A stretch of DNA of 41,690 nucleotides, taken from positions 1 to 41,690 of IMG/VR virus record IMGVR_UViG_3300047550_000958; one strand, written 5' to 3'. The notes beneath the pieces were generated by a model. The model ran no database searches. It was not told the origin of the DNA and saw only the letters and a list, made by a program, of their open reading frames with translations. This document shows positions 28,430 through 36,004 of the stretch, piece after piece. This DNA is from a virus. Taxonomy: Duplodnaviria > Caudoviricetes. The translations under genes were made by a program, and so were the position numbers. Numbering within the stretch: position 1 is the first letter of the stretch; every line of letters starts with the position of its first letter.

Positions 28430-28648
28430 TCACCTAAGTATAGCGTCTAGTTGTGGTTTGGTCATGTGCTTGATCTCGGTGAACCCCTTGCGTAGGGAGT
28501 CAAAGATCGGGTCATTGTCCGAGGTGGAGAACTGTCTAGCCACTTGGTCCGGGGTGGAACTACCGGAACGCAGGGTTCGGATGATCCATTCCCTGTTGCT
28601 GGGCGGGATCATGGATGCTGCGTACTTGGCGTGCTCAAAGAATGCCAT
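28430..28648 (-). CDS. Hypothetical protein
   Basis: 72 aa ORF co-oriented in the operon. Confidence 0.55.
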   Translation of the reverse strand: MAFFEHAKYAASMIPPSNREWIIRTLRSGSSTPDQVARQFSTSDNDPIFDSLRKGFTEIKHMTKPQLDAILR

Positions 28649-28664
28649 TTGCTGGAGCGGAAAG

Positions 28665-28717
28665 GCCCCTTGGAGGCGTTTTGATACTCGGTTGGTATCT
28701 CGGCACCACCAAGGGGC
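28665..28717 (-). other. Long interrupted intergenic hairpin (RNase III-site-like)
   Basis: GCCCCTTGG/CCAAGGGGC, then GGTG/CGCC, a 4x4 internal loop and GATAC/GTATC; no U-tract. Confidence 0.55.
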
Positions 28718-28727
28718 TGTTGAGGGC

Positions 28728-29000
28728 TTAGAACAGGTCGTCCGGTACTCGGGTGTCCTGCTGGGGCTGGGTGGTCTTGGGCTGGGCAGACTTCAGGTAC
28801 TTCCATGACCCGATGATGGGTCCGCGTTCGCCACGATCACGGGCTTCCTTGGAGACCGATTGGGTAACGAAGCCATCGTTGCCGTATTTGTCCGGTCCGG
28901 ATTTGCTTTCGAGGATGGCAATCTCAAGGAACTTCCCGGTCTTGCCCTCGTAGAGATACTGCTTATCCACTTTGCTGACGTTAATATTACAACGGATCAT
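28728..29000 (-). CDS. Putative single-stranded DNA-binding protein
   Basis: 90 aa, beta-rich (INVSKVDK...DKYGNDG...PIIG) with an acidic-aromatic DDLF tail; follows dnaB. Confidence 0.55.
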   Translation of the reverse strand: MIRCNINVSKVDKQYLYEGKTGKFLEIAILESKSGPDKYGNDGFVTQSVSKEARDRGERGPIIGSWKYLKSAQPKTTQPQQDTRVPDDLF

Positions 29001-29024
29001 ATGTGTTACTGTTTGGTTTATGTT

Positions 29025-30368
29025 TTACTGCTCCTGCAATAGCGCAGGTTCAAATCTGCAATAGGCTCCATCATACCAAAGAGTGACAAATCCGCATTCG
29101 CCATCTCTTTGTTTTGCTATTGCTAAAGTAGCTTCTCCTTTTGCTTCTGTTCTCTCTCGGTCTAGGAGCATGACCGTGTCTGCGTCGCGTTCGATCTGTC
29201 CTGAGTCTGCTAGGTCACTGAGTTTGGGCTTACGTCCCTTCTCCTTTTCGGATTCCCGATTGAGCTGGGCAAGGCAGAGCATGGCAGTGTTTGTGGCCAC
29301 TGCACAAGCCTTCAGAGCACCGGAGACTTCGGCAACCTCGTAGGTGCGTTTCTCGTACTTGCCCGAAGGTCTGACCTTTTGCAGGTAATCCAAGATCACC
29401 AGCTTCACTCCGTGCTTGCGTGCTGCTCTGCGAATTGCCGCCACGATGACGCCTGTCTTGGCATTGGCGGATAGGTCGAGGAAGTGCAGAGGCTTTGAGG
29501 CAATGACCTTGATGGCCTCCGACATCCTGCCCATGTGCGTATCGGAGAGTTCCCCGGTCTTGATGGCCTGCATTGGTACGTTGGCTACGGCTGAGACCAA
29601 GCGGCGCATCAGGGCCTGCTCGGACATCTCACAGGAAACGAACAAGGTCGGTACATTGCCTTCGATGCAGGCGCTCTTGGCGATGCTGATGGCTATGGCT
29701 GTCTTGCCGATGCTTGGACGTGCTGCGATCAGGGTCATCTCGCCTAGTTGGATCCCATCGGTCATGGAGTCGAGCCTTGGGATCCCAGAGGTGACACCGG
29801 AGAGCTGACCCTTGCGTTTCCAGCGTTCCTCGGTGGCTGCTATGAACGAGGTGACAACGTCTTTTGAGGACGTGGACTGTGGCGTGTGCTCACGCTCAAA
29901 GGTGATGCCAGACTCAAGCTGTGCTATGGCCTGATCCAATGGAACCGCTGAGTCCGAGGTGTCGGACAAGAGCCGGTTGGCTGCATCTCGCAGCCTGCGG
30001 CGTTGGTAGGCTTCGACTATGCCTGTGACGTAGTACGGCAGGTTGGCTTCCGATGGACAGGCCGACATCGCCTCGGTCCACAGCATGATCGGCATGGCTT
30101 GGGAGCCTTTGGTTGCCTTCCAAGCTCTGGAAAGGTTCTCAATCGAAGCCGACTTGTTCTCTCGGACCAGCCCAGAGATGACGCCCAGCGTCTCCTTGAT
30201 GTCGTCGGTGATGACCATCTCCGATGTCACCTGCGCCACTGCTTCGGCAGCAGTGTCTAGGTTCCCCATCAGGCATGCGCCGATCAGTCCAAGCTCATCC
30301 TTCGACGCAAAATAGGCTTCGGAAGGTTCAGGCTGAACCGTATCCGAAAGGATTTCATCGAGGTTCAT
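29025..30368 (-). CDS. dnaB: Replicative DNA helicase (DnaB family)
   Basis: AARPSIGKT, SCEM, ILDYLQ, LAQLNR, DLADSGQIERDAD, KQRDG. Confidence 0.95.
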   Translation of the reverse strand: MNLDEILSDTVQPEPSEAYFASKDELGLIGACLMGNLDTAAEAVAQVTSEMVITDDIKETLGVISGLVRENKSASIENLSRAWKATKGSQAMPIMLWTEAMSACPSEANLPYYVTGIVEAYQRRRLRDAANRLLSDTSDSAVPLDQAIAQLESGITFEREHTPQSTSSKDVVTSFIAATEERWKRKGQLSGVTSGIPRLDSMTDGIQLGEMTLIAARPSIGKTAIAISIAKSACIEGNVPTLFVSCEMSEQALMRRLVSAVANVPMQAIKTGELSDTHMGRMSEAIKVIASKPLHFLDLSANAKTGVIVAAIRRAARKHGVKLVILDYLQKVRPSGKYEKRTYEVAEVSGALKACAVATNTAMLCLAQLNRESEKEKGRKPKLSDLADSGQIERDADTVMLLDRERTEAKGEATLAIAKQRDGECGFVTLWYDGAYCRFEPALLQEQ

Positions 30369-31138
30369 TAAATCCAATCCTTTAGGTCGAGCTTGGGTTT
30401 CTCACCGTTGGCAACAACAACCTTCGGCAGATCCTTTGGCGGGAAGATCCCAGACCAGCCGTTGGCCATCGAGGTTTCTACCGCAAGCGGGAAGGTCGCC
30501 GGGGTAAACTCACGAGACCACTTTGTTACGGCTGCTCGTAGCCCGGTGGCTTTGTAGCCCTCCTTGCGCTCCTTCTTGTACTCAAGCCAGAGCTTCACTG
30601 CCTCAAGGCAGTTCTGCGTCTGCATGCTCTCAGGCAACTCCACATCGAAGGCAACAAGCCAAGGCGACTTATCTTGTTCCTTTCCTTGTTCCCTTCCCTT
30701 CCCTTCCTTATGGCACGCGTCATCCACGCGTGGGTCACGCGTGAGGCACGCGTCGGTCACGCGTGAAATATCAGCAGAAACACCAATGATTTCAATGTTT
30801 TCACCTGTAGGTTCAGGGATGTCAGATGCCTTCTCCTTGTTGTTTATCACCTGATGCCGAAGGAACCCCGGAATGTGTCCAAAAACACGCGTGCCTGACG
30901 CGTACTTCACGAGAAAGCCACGCGTGGTCAACGCGTGAAGCACGCGTGAAAAGTCCACATCGTCGTAGGGTAGAATCTGGATCCCAAGCCTCCTTGGTTC
31001 CCACCTGAAACGACCCTCCCGATCTGCGGCGCACCAGAGTCCGGCGAACGCCACTCGCAACGGCATCCCTTCCTCGATCTCTGCTTGATAGAGTCCCTCG
31101 TGGAGGAAGAACTCAGGCTTTATGCTTCTGATTCTCAT
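30368..31138 (-). CDS. Phage replication initiator (lambda O-like role)
   Basis: MRIRSIKPEFF...GLWCAADREGR wHTH-like N-terminus; KEGKGREQGKE linker; internal iterons; directly upstream of dnaB. Start at the ATGA overlap. Confidence 0.8.
   Translation of the reverse strand: MRIRSIKPEFFLHEGLYQAEIEEGMPLRVAFAGLWCAADREGRFRWEPRRLGIQILPYDDVDFSRVLHALTTRGFLVKYASGTRVFGHIPGFLRHQVINNKEKASDIPEPTGENIEIIGVSADISRVTDACLTRDPRVDDACHKEGKGREQGKEQDKSPWLVAFDVELPESMQTQNCLEAVKLWLEYKKERKEGYKATGLRAAVTKWSREFTPATFPLAVETSMANGWSGIFPPKDLPKVVVANGEKPKLDLKDWI
30714..30764. repeat. Iteron cluster 1: five CACGCGT at 11-bp period (candidate origin)
   Basis: Units start at 30714, 30725, 30736, 30747 and 30758. Confidence 0.85.
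30886..30947. repeat. Iteron cluster 2: six NACGCGT-like units at 11-bp period
   Basis: Units start at 30886, 30897, 30908 (degenerate CACGAGA), 30919, 30930 and 30941. Confidence 0.8.
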
Positions 31139-31881
31139 TGGTTGTTCAGTGTTTGCCATGCCTTTCGAACCACTGCTGGAACTTGTCCGTTTCCAATGCA
31201 TTTAAGTCTGTCCACCCGATTGGCCACCCCATCAGCCACTCGACCCAGTTCGGGTTTAGAGCCGCTCGTTCGGTTTGCTGGGTCTCTGGTAAACCAAGCG
31301 ACGCCATCCTCCGCGCTATCCGGCCTCCCTTGTCCATTTTGGCCAGAGTCTTCCATTTGGTTCCATTGTCCCTTCCTTCCGTTGCAACAGGGGTAGGCCA
31401 TGATCCAGATCCTATCCCTTCGATGAGGCGCACCGACGTGATGCGCTCCCACAATTCCCCAGACCGCATCATACCCCAGCTTGGCAAGATCACCAAGGAC
31501 CACGGCAAGTCCTCTGGAAACAAGCAGAGGTGAGTTTTCCACCCAGACGTATCTGGGTCAAACCTCGCCGACAACCCTCGCCATCTGCTTCCAGAGACCC
31601 GATCTGTCGGATTCGATTCCAGCACCTTTTCCTGCGGAGCTGATGTCCTGACACGGGAATCCTCCAGAGACGATATCCACCCGTCCAGACCAAGGTCGCC
31701 CGTCGAATGTCGTGATGTCATCCCAGATTGGGAACGGCCTGAGTGATCGGTCGTTTTGTCGATTGATAAGGACGTATCTGGCGTACTTGTTGATCTCGAC
31801 GGCGCACACGCACCGCCATCCAAGCAAGTGACCGCCGAGAATTCCTCCTCCAGCGCCTGCGAAAAGTGCCAACTCATTCAT
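31135..31881 (-). pseudogene. C5-cytosine DNA methyltransferase alpha frame, interrupted by an in-frame TGA at 31558-31560
   Basis: Motif I LFAGAGG, IV GGFPCQDIS, then GEV*PRYVWVENS (VI), PHRRDRIWI (VIII) and LKCIGNGQVP (X), all in one frame. Confidence 0.8.
31146..31877 (-). CDS. Overlapping alternative-frame MTase beta polypeptide
   Basis: 243 aa open frame inside the alpha gene, carrying WPTP and LNPNWVEWLMGWPIGWTD (motif IX-like, absent from the alpha frame). Confidence 0.7.
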   Translation of the reverse strand: MSWHFSQALEEEFSAVTCLDGGACAPSRSTSTPDTSLSIDKTTDHSGRSQSGMTSRHSTGDLGLDGWISSLEDSRVRTSAPQEKVLESNPTDRVSGSRWRGLSARFDPDTSGWKTHLCLFPEDLPWSLVILPSWGMMRSGELWERITSVRLIEGIGSGSWPTPVATEGRDNGTKWKTLAKMDKGGRIARRMASLGLPETQQTERAALNPNWVEWLMGWPIGWTDLNALETDKFQQWFERHGKH

Positions 31882-31896
31882 TTACTCCAACAAAAA

Positions 31897-31980
31897 CCCC
31901 AGTCCAGCCAACAACGTTGACACAGGCGCACCGTGGAACCCATTGGGAACCACTTACCTTCGTTGCTGGCTGGACTGGGG
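31897..31980 (-). promoter_or_regulatory. 20-bp-stem hairpin followed by a U-rich run (attenuator/terminator-like)
   Basis: Arms 31897-31916 and 31961-31980, with one G-U pair in minus-strand RNA; then TTTTTGTT just before the MTase start. Confidence 0.6.
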
Positions 31981-32069
31981 GCTTTGGATGTCATTGTGCG
32001 CGGGGTGTCAAACCCGGTTCCTCAAGCGAGGAACGACTTACTGCTAAACCTTACCTCAAAGACTGTCCA

Positions 32070-32267
32070 CTACCTTCTCGCCAAACTAGCGATCTGTGCG
32101 GAGGTGAGCTGGAATTTGGGTGGCTTGATCCAGCCTCGGAGTATTCCGATCTGCACCAATTGCGGAGCCTGCATGAGCAGATCCTTTATCTCCTCATTGG
32201 ATAGCTGCTTAGGCTCCGGCAGACCCATCAGGAGCCTTCGCTTCTCTTCGTTTCTCGATAGTGCCAT
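32070..32267 (-). CDS. Hypothetical protein
   Basis: 65 aa co-oriented ORF. Confidence 0.55.
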   Translation of the reverse strand: MALSRNEEKRRLLMGLPEPKQLSNEEIKDLLMQAPQLVQIGILRGWIKPPKFQLTSAQIASLARR

Positions 32268-32482
32268 GTTGGGAAGACTCCTCTCTGATCGGTTTCTATG
32301 CGGAAGATTCTGCGTTCCAGAACACCAGCTTCCAATCCTGATTTGATTAGCTTGCCGGTGTGACTGGATGATTTTCTAAAGCTCTTGGACAATTCCACCG
32401 CAGTAAACCAGCCCGGTGGAACGTCCTCTGCCTTACCGGAGATGGCCTCCTTGAGCTTCCTCAGAAGCTCGGAAGATGCCAT
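32228..32482 (-). CDS. Small winged-helix-like protein
   Basis: 84 aa from MASSELL; VPPGWFTAVELSKSF...HY; overlaps the phosphoesterase 3' end. Confidence 0.6.
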   Translation of the reverse strand: MASSELLRKLKEAISGKAEDVPPGWFTAVELSKSFRKSSSHTGKLIKSGLEAGVLERRIFRIETDQRGVFPTWHYRETKRSEGS

Positions 32483-33210
32483 TTCGTTTCGTTTTGCGGC
32501 CATTGGTGTAGATATAGGTGTGCTGATGTATCGTTGTACTCCCCAAAGACTATGCCGTGGCTCCATGCCAACGTGGACCGTCGTCGGTGGGCATATTCCA
32601 TCGCGGGTAGATCCGCCAGCGTACCCGGGGAGAATGCCACCGGGTTGTCTCCGCGTCGTCCGTAAGCGATCCCGGCTCGGTGAGCATGTGCGACCACGCA
32701 GTTGCCCCATGTTTCTGCGCTATCTCTGAGGAAGTTTTCCCCGTAGAGCACCCCGTGGCCCCACTTGAATCCTCCAAGCGTGTACCAAGAGTCTGGAAGC
32801 ACTGAGTGGTGCTCGATGAAGGTGTGGCAGTGCTTTTTGATGGGTTGGAGCATTCGTTCCCAGACCGCCTCGGCGAATCCACGGATGACCGCGTTGTGGT
32901 GCCGCAGGTATTGCTTGGCTCGCTCATCGTGGTTGCCGATCGTGAAGACTGTTGGTCTGAGATCATTGAGGAACTTTGCGCCTTGCCCGATGTCGTCGAG
33001 GTAGTCGTCCGCAGCGTCAGCTTGGTTAGGGTTGCCTAACGACCCAGCGCGTAGAGCTGCCAGATCGTAGGCATCACCTAGGTGAATCACCTCATGCGGC
33101 TTGTAGGCATCCCTGAATTTAAGCACTGCTTCCAGTGCCTTTTTGTTGGCTCTGGACCCGTGCGAACAACCAATGGCCATGACACGTTTCCGGCCTCTGC
33201 TGACATGCAT
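32461..33210 (-). CDS. Calcineurin-like metallophosphoesterase
   Basis: GCSHG, HLGDAYD, GNHDER, HG, AHAHR. Confidence 0.85.
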   Translation of the reverse strand: MHVSRGRKRVMAIGCSHGSRANKKALEAVLKFRDAYKPHEVIHLGDAYDLAALRAGSLGNPNQADAADDYLDDIGQGAKFLNDLRPTVFTIGNHDERAKQYLRHHNAVIRGFAEAVWERMLQPIKKHCHTFIEHHSVLPDSWYTLGGFKWGHGVLYGENFLRDSAETWGNCVVAHAHRAGIAYGRRGDNPVAFSPGTLADLPAMEYAHRRRSTLAWSHGIVFGEYNDTSAHLYLHQWPQNETKWHLPSF

Positions 33211-33257
33211 GTGGCCATTACAACCACATCCAATGCCGTATTTGCTAGTGTTTTGGC

Positions 33258-33473
33258 CTATTCTCGCGAGTGACAGTCTGCAATTTCGGAGCAGACATAG
33301 CCGTAGATCTCACCCAGAGCGTCACCAACGCTCTCGTAGTTGTGACCGTACTTGTGCTTGGACCTGAGCATCTCGCGGATGTTCTCCAGAGCCGCTCGAT
33401 AATACGCTCCATGGATGGCGTTTTGGAACTCTTCGTTATCTTGGATGAGATTGAACTCTAGTGTAGCTTTCAT
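33258..33473 (-). CDS. Hypothetical phage protein
   Basis: 71 aa; MKATLEFNL...LRSKHKY. Confidence 0.65.
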   Translation of the reverse strand: MKATLEFNLIQDNEEFQNAIHGAYYRAALENIREMLRSKHKYGHNYESVGDALGEIYGYVCSEIADCHSRE

Positions 33474-33922
33474 GGTTCCTTCCTGTCGATGAACTGCGCC
33501 AGACGTGCTGGCTGATATGATGGTGACTTGATGACCTTCCCGGCCTTGTTACGCGCCACCCATCGGTCATCGCATGGGGTGAATGTTAATAGGTCAGAAT
33601 ACTTCTCGTGGCTTAGTTTTTCATCGTTGGTCCAGAACTTGGACATGTTGGAGTTGTGAACCTCAATGAACGCACCGTCGATTGTGATCCGAGTGAAGCC
33701 AGCCGCTAGTCCAGCGCCGTAGACCACATAGAGTAGGTCAACCACCGCATCTAGGTAGTCTGTGAGATTCTCAGAAGACCCAAGTTCCAGAGCTTCCTCA
33801 ATGACCAGCTCCATCCTGAGTTTGACAGTCTCAAAGTCCGGCAGCGTTTGCTGCTCTGGTATCTGTTGTCCGAACGCCTCCATGAAACGTCGGACCAAGT
33901 TGTGTTTGTTGATATGACTCAT
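33470..33922 (-). CDS. MazG-like / PRA-PH-like nucleotide pyrophosphohydrolase
   Basis: LVIEEALEL, DAVVDLLYVVYG, EVHNSNMSK, GKVIKSPSY. Confidence 0.85.
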   Translation of the reverse strand: MSHINKHNLVRRFMEAFGQQIPEQQTLPDFETVKLRMELVIEEALELGSSENLTDYLDAVVDLLYVVYGAGLAAGFTRITIDGAFIEVHNSNMSKFWTNDEKLSHEKYSDLLTFTPCDDRWVARNKAGKVIKSPSYQPARLAQFIDRKEP

Positions 33923-34416
33923 TGTTTTATAACCCTTACCGAATCTCCTTCTGGAATGATGATCGCCGCTCTGATGACGCAGTGATTGGTCAGCAGCACC
34001 GGCTTTTCGTAAAGCGCAGACGTGGCCAATGGCTCTTTGCCATCGAGCGTGTACCTAATCGGAACCGCACCGAGTGGCGATGACAGTCTCAGTGTTGCAG
34101 GCAGCCTCATGCTGATCCGATCACCGATCACGTCGCGGCCATTGATGCTGACCCTGACGTTGCGCTGGAACCGTACCTTGAACAGCGCAGAGCTTCCGCT
34201 GGTGCTGATGACTCGGTAGGTCCCAGCGTCACCCTCCTGAGCTTGTGGCACTTCATACAAGCGATTGGTGGCTCCGGGTATGGCGTTGGTTCCTAGGTAC
34301 CATTGGTAGTCCTCAGCGATCACCGGAGCCTCTAAGCGCAACGGCAGGTTCTCGATTGCGACCTGAGCCGATGCGGAGAACACAATCGAACTAACGAGTA
34401 AACCTCGGATGTTCAC
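33919..34416 (-). CDS. Secreted Ig-like plus Fn3-associated/chitobiase-C-like domain protein
   Basis: GTG start; signal peptide ...VFSASAQ; YQWYLGTNAIPGATN...DAGTYRV; IRYTLDGKEP...LYEKP...IRA. Confidence 0.75.
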   Translation of the reverse strand: MNIRGLLVSSIVFSASAQVAIENLPLRLEAPVIAEDYQWYLGTNAIPGATNRLYEVPQAQEGDAGTYRVISTSGSSALFKVRFQRNVRVSINGRDVIGDRISMRLPATLRLSSPLGAVPIRYTLDGKEPLATSALYEKPVLLTNHCVIRAAIIIPEGDSVRVIKQ

Positions 34417-34619
34417 GGCTTGGCCTCCTTGGCTTTGGTCCAAAACTCCTGACCAACACGTTCTGACCATGGAAACATTTGATCCCCAGCCTCCTCCAAC
34501 CGCTTGATGCGCTCATTCGCTGCGTTGAGTTCGCGTTCGAGTTGTTCAGCAAAACACGCTCGAACGATTCCAGTCTCTGCCCACGCTGTCTGTTCTTTCG
34601 TCCTCGGCGTGTCACTCAT
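34413..34619 (-). CDS. Small coiled-coil phage protein (MSDTPRT type)
   Basis: 68 aa; FAEQLERELNAANERIKRLEEAGD. Confidence 0.7.
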   Translation of the reverse strand: MSDTPRTKEQTAWAETGIVRACFAEQLERELNAANERIKRLEEAGDQMFPWSERVGQEFWTKAKEAKP

Positions 34620-34933
34620 GGCTTGGCCTCCACAATCCGCAGCATCTCGGCCGATGACTTGCCGTCTGGGGTGGACTCAAAGTCCAAAGACTTCAGGCGT
34701 TTTCTTAAGTCAATCAACTCGGTTTCTAAAAAACTCACATACAAGTGAATGTTCCCCATGTCCTCATGCAGTTGATTTAATTCACCTTTCAGAAGTTTGT
34801 TCTCATTTGAATAGCATTGCGTACCACGACCAAATGCATTGTTTGTTTCTCCGTAATAAGATCCACACTTGAACCAAATCATTTCGTCGTGTTTGCGTGC
34901 ATATCCAGCATCGCAGTATTTGCATTGTTCCAT
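34616..34933 (-). CDS. Hypothetical protein with Cys cluster and coiled coil
   Basis: 105 aa; CKYC...CGS...C; AT-rich. Confidence 0.65.
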   Translation of the reverse strand: MEQCKYCDAGYARKHDEMIWFKCGSYYGETNNAFGRGTQCYSNENKLLKGELNQLHEDMGNIHLYVSFLETELIDLRKRLKSLDFESTPDGKSSAEMLRIVEAKP

Positions 34934-34936
34934 AAT

Positions 34937-35167
34937 TTAATAGTCCTCCCGTTGTGAAAGTTTAATCCAGTTCTCTTTAATAGTGTGTGCTGGATCCGCG
35001 TAGCTTTCAGGATGTACCCACTGAGCCATTGCGTCTCCAGTTGATTGAAGCTCCTCGATGTAATCTTTCAGCTCTTGGATGCGATCTTCCAACTGCATCG
35101 CAAAGTCGGAGCTAACCATCCACTCGCCTTTGACGTTGATCTCTCGTGCTCTGATTCGTTCGCTCAT
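34937..35167 (-). CDS. Small coiled-coil protein, paralog-like to 34413-34619
   Basis: 76 aa; DFAMQLEDRIQEL...TGDAM. Confidence 0.65.
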   Translation of the reverse strand: MSERIRAREINVKGEWMVSSDFAMQLEDRIQELKDYIEELQSTGDAMAQWVHPESYADPAHTIKENWIKLSQREDY

Positions 35168-35418
35168 TTGGATTCCTTTGTAAGCAACAACTTCAGTTTC
35201 TTATTTTCCTTCTTCATCTTACCAAGCTCTCTTCCGAGCATTGACAGTTTACCGTGGTATTTACATATCTGTGCGTTAAAAGCCTTGTATTCGTTATTAA
35301 GTCTTCTGACCTCATCCTCTATGTGTGCAGCATGGTCAGTTTCAATCACCCACTTACCGTCAGCGGTTTGAAATTCGCGAAGAAACAGAGTTGATTGAGC
35401 GCGTTTCTCAAAAATCAT
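35164..35418 (-). CDS. Hypothetical protein
   Basis: 84 aa with ATGA overlaps on both sides. Confidence 0.6.
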   Translation of the reverse strand: MIFEKRAQSTLFLREFQTADGKWVIETDHAAHIEDEVRRLNNEYKAFNAQICKYHGKLSMLGRELGKMKKENKKLKLLLTKESK

Positions 35419-35681
35419 TTGGCCCTCCTGTATCTGTCGATGGTGGACGTTGACACGCCTGTAGCTTCTGCTGCTTCTTTCAGTGTCATCCCTTCGGTGC
35501 GCTTGATCTGCTCCGCAACGTAGCGCGGGATGCGTGGCCTGCCGGGCTTGCCACGGTTTGGTGGTGTCTTGATAGCCTCCAGCTCCTGCTCCATCAGGCG
35601 AGCCTCGTTGATAAGTGATGCCATCGGCAACTCGATGCCGAACAGGCGGAAGGTGTGGTGGTTTGTGCGAGGGGTACTCAT
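35415..35681 (-). CDS. HTH DNA-binding protein
   Basis: 88 aa from MSTPRT; GRPR...GMTLKEAAEATGVSTSTIDRY. Confidence 0.7.
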   Translation of the reverse strand: MSTPRTNHHTFRLFGIELPMASLINEARLMEQELEAIKTPPNRGKPGRPRIPRYVAEQIKRTEGMTLKEAAEATGVSTSTIDRYRRAK

Positions 35682-35764
35682 TGGTTGATTCCGATTAGGT
35701 ATCCTAGGGTCAGAAACGCGCAGGCTCCGAACAGAAGCAGCGCAAAGTGTAGGTAACGGTTCAT
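35678..35764 (-). CDS. 28-aa single-TM peptide
   Basis: MNRYLHFALLLFGACAFLTLGYLIGINQ; ATGA overlaps at both ends. Confidence 0.55.
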   Translation of the reverse strand: MNRYLHFALLLFGACAFLTLGYLIGINQ

Positions 35765-35970
35765 TTCTTCTTACCTTTCGGTGTAGCTCGGTTGCGCTTG
35801 AAGGACATCTTGGATCGCGCCTCAAAGGCTCGCAGCTCGTCCGCAAATGCTGGGTCGGTAAGGCCACGGCGTTGCAGCCATGCCTTGTACTTGGCGTTCA
35901 TATACTCCGCCGAGATCATGGTGTCCGGCGGCAGGGTGTCGGTGACTTGGATGCTTGGGATCTTTTTCAT
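35761..35970 (-). CDS. Hypothetical basic protein
   Basis: 69 aa from MKKIPSIQ. Confidence 0.55.
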   Translation of the reverse strand: MKKIPSIQVTDTLPPDTMISAEYMNAKYKAWLQRRGLTDPAFADELRAFEARSKMSFKRNRATPKGKKK

Positions 35971-36004
35971 GGTCTGTGCAAAAAATGTAGGTGATGTCCA
36001 CCCC

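Noticed and set aside
30714-30947. CRISPR or mini-array
   Set aside because: 7-bp units with 4-bp spacers inside a CDS; fits iterons.
31558-31560. Genome-wide TGA recoding suggested by the in-frame stop in the MTase
   Set aside because: Many genes end in TGA with ATGA coupling to the next start, and no other conserved gene is interrupted.
31917-32011. Convergent promoters from TTGACA at 31917-31922 (+) and 32006-32011 (-)
   Set aside because: No acceptable -10 hexamer at 16-18 nt from either.
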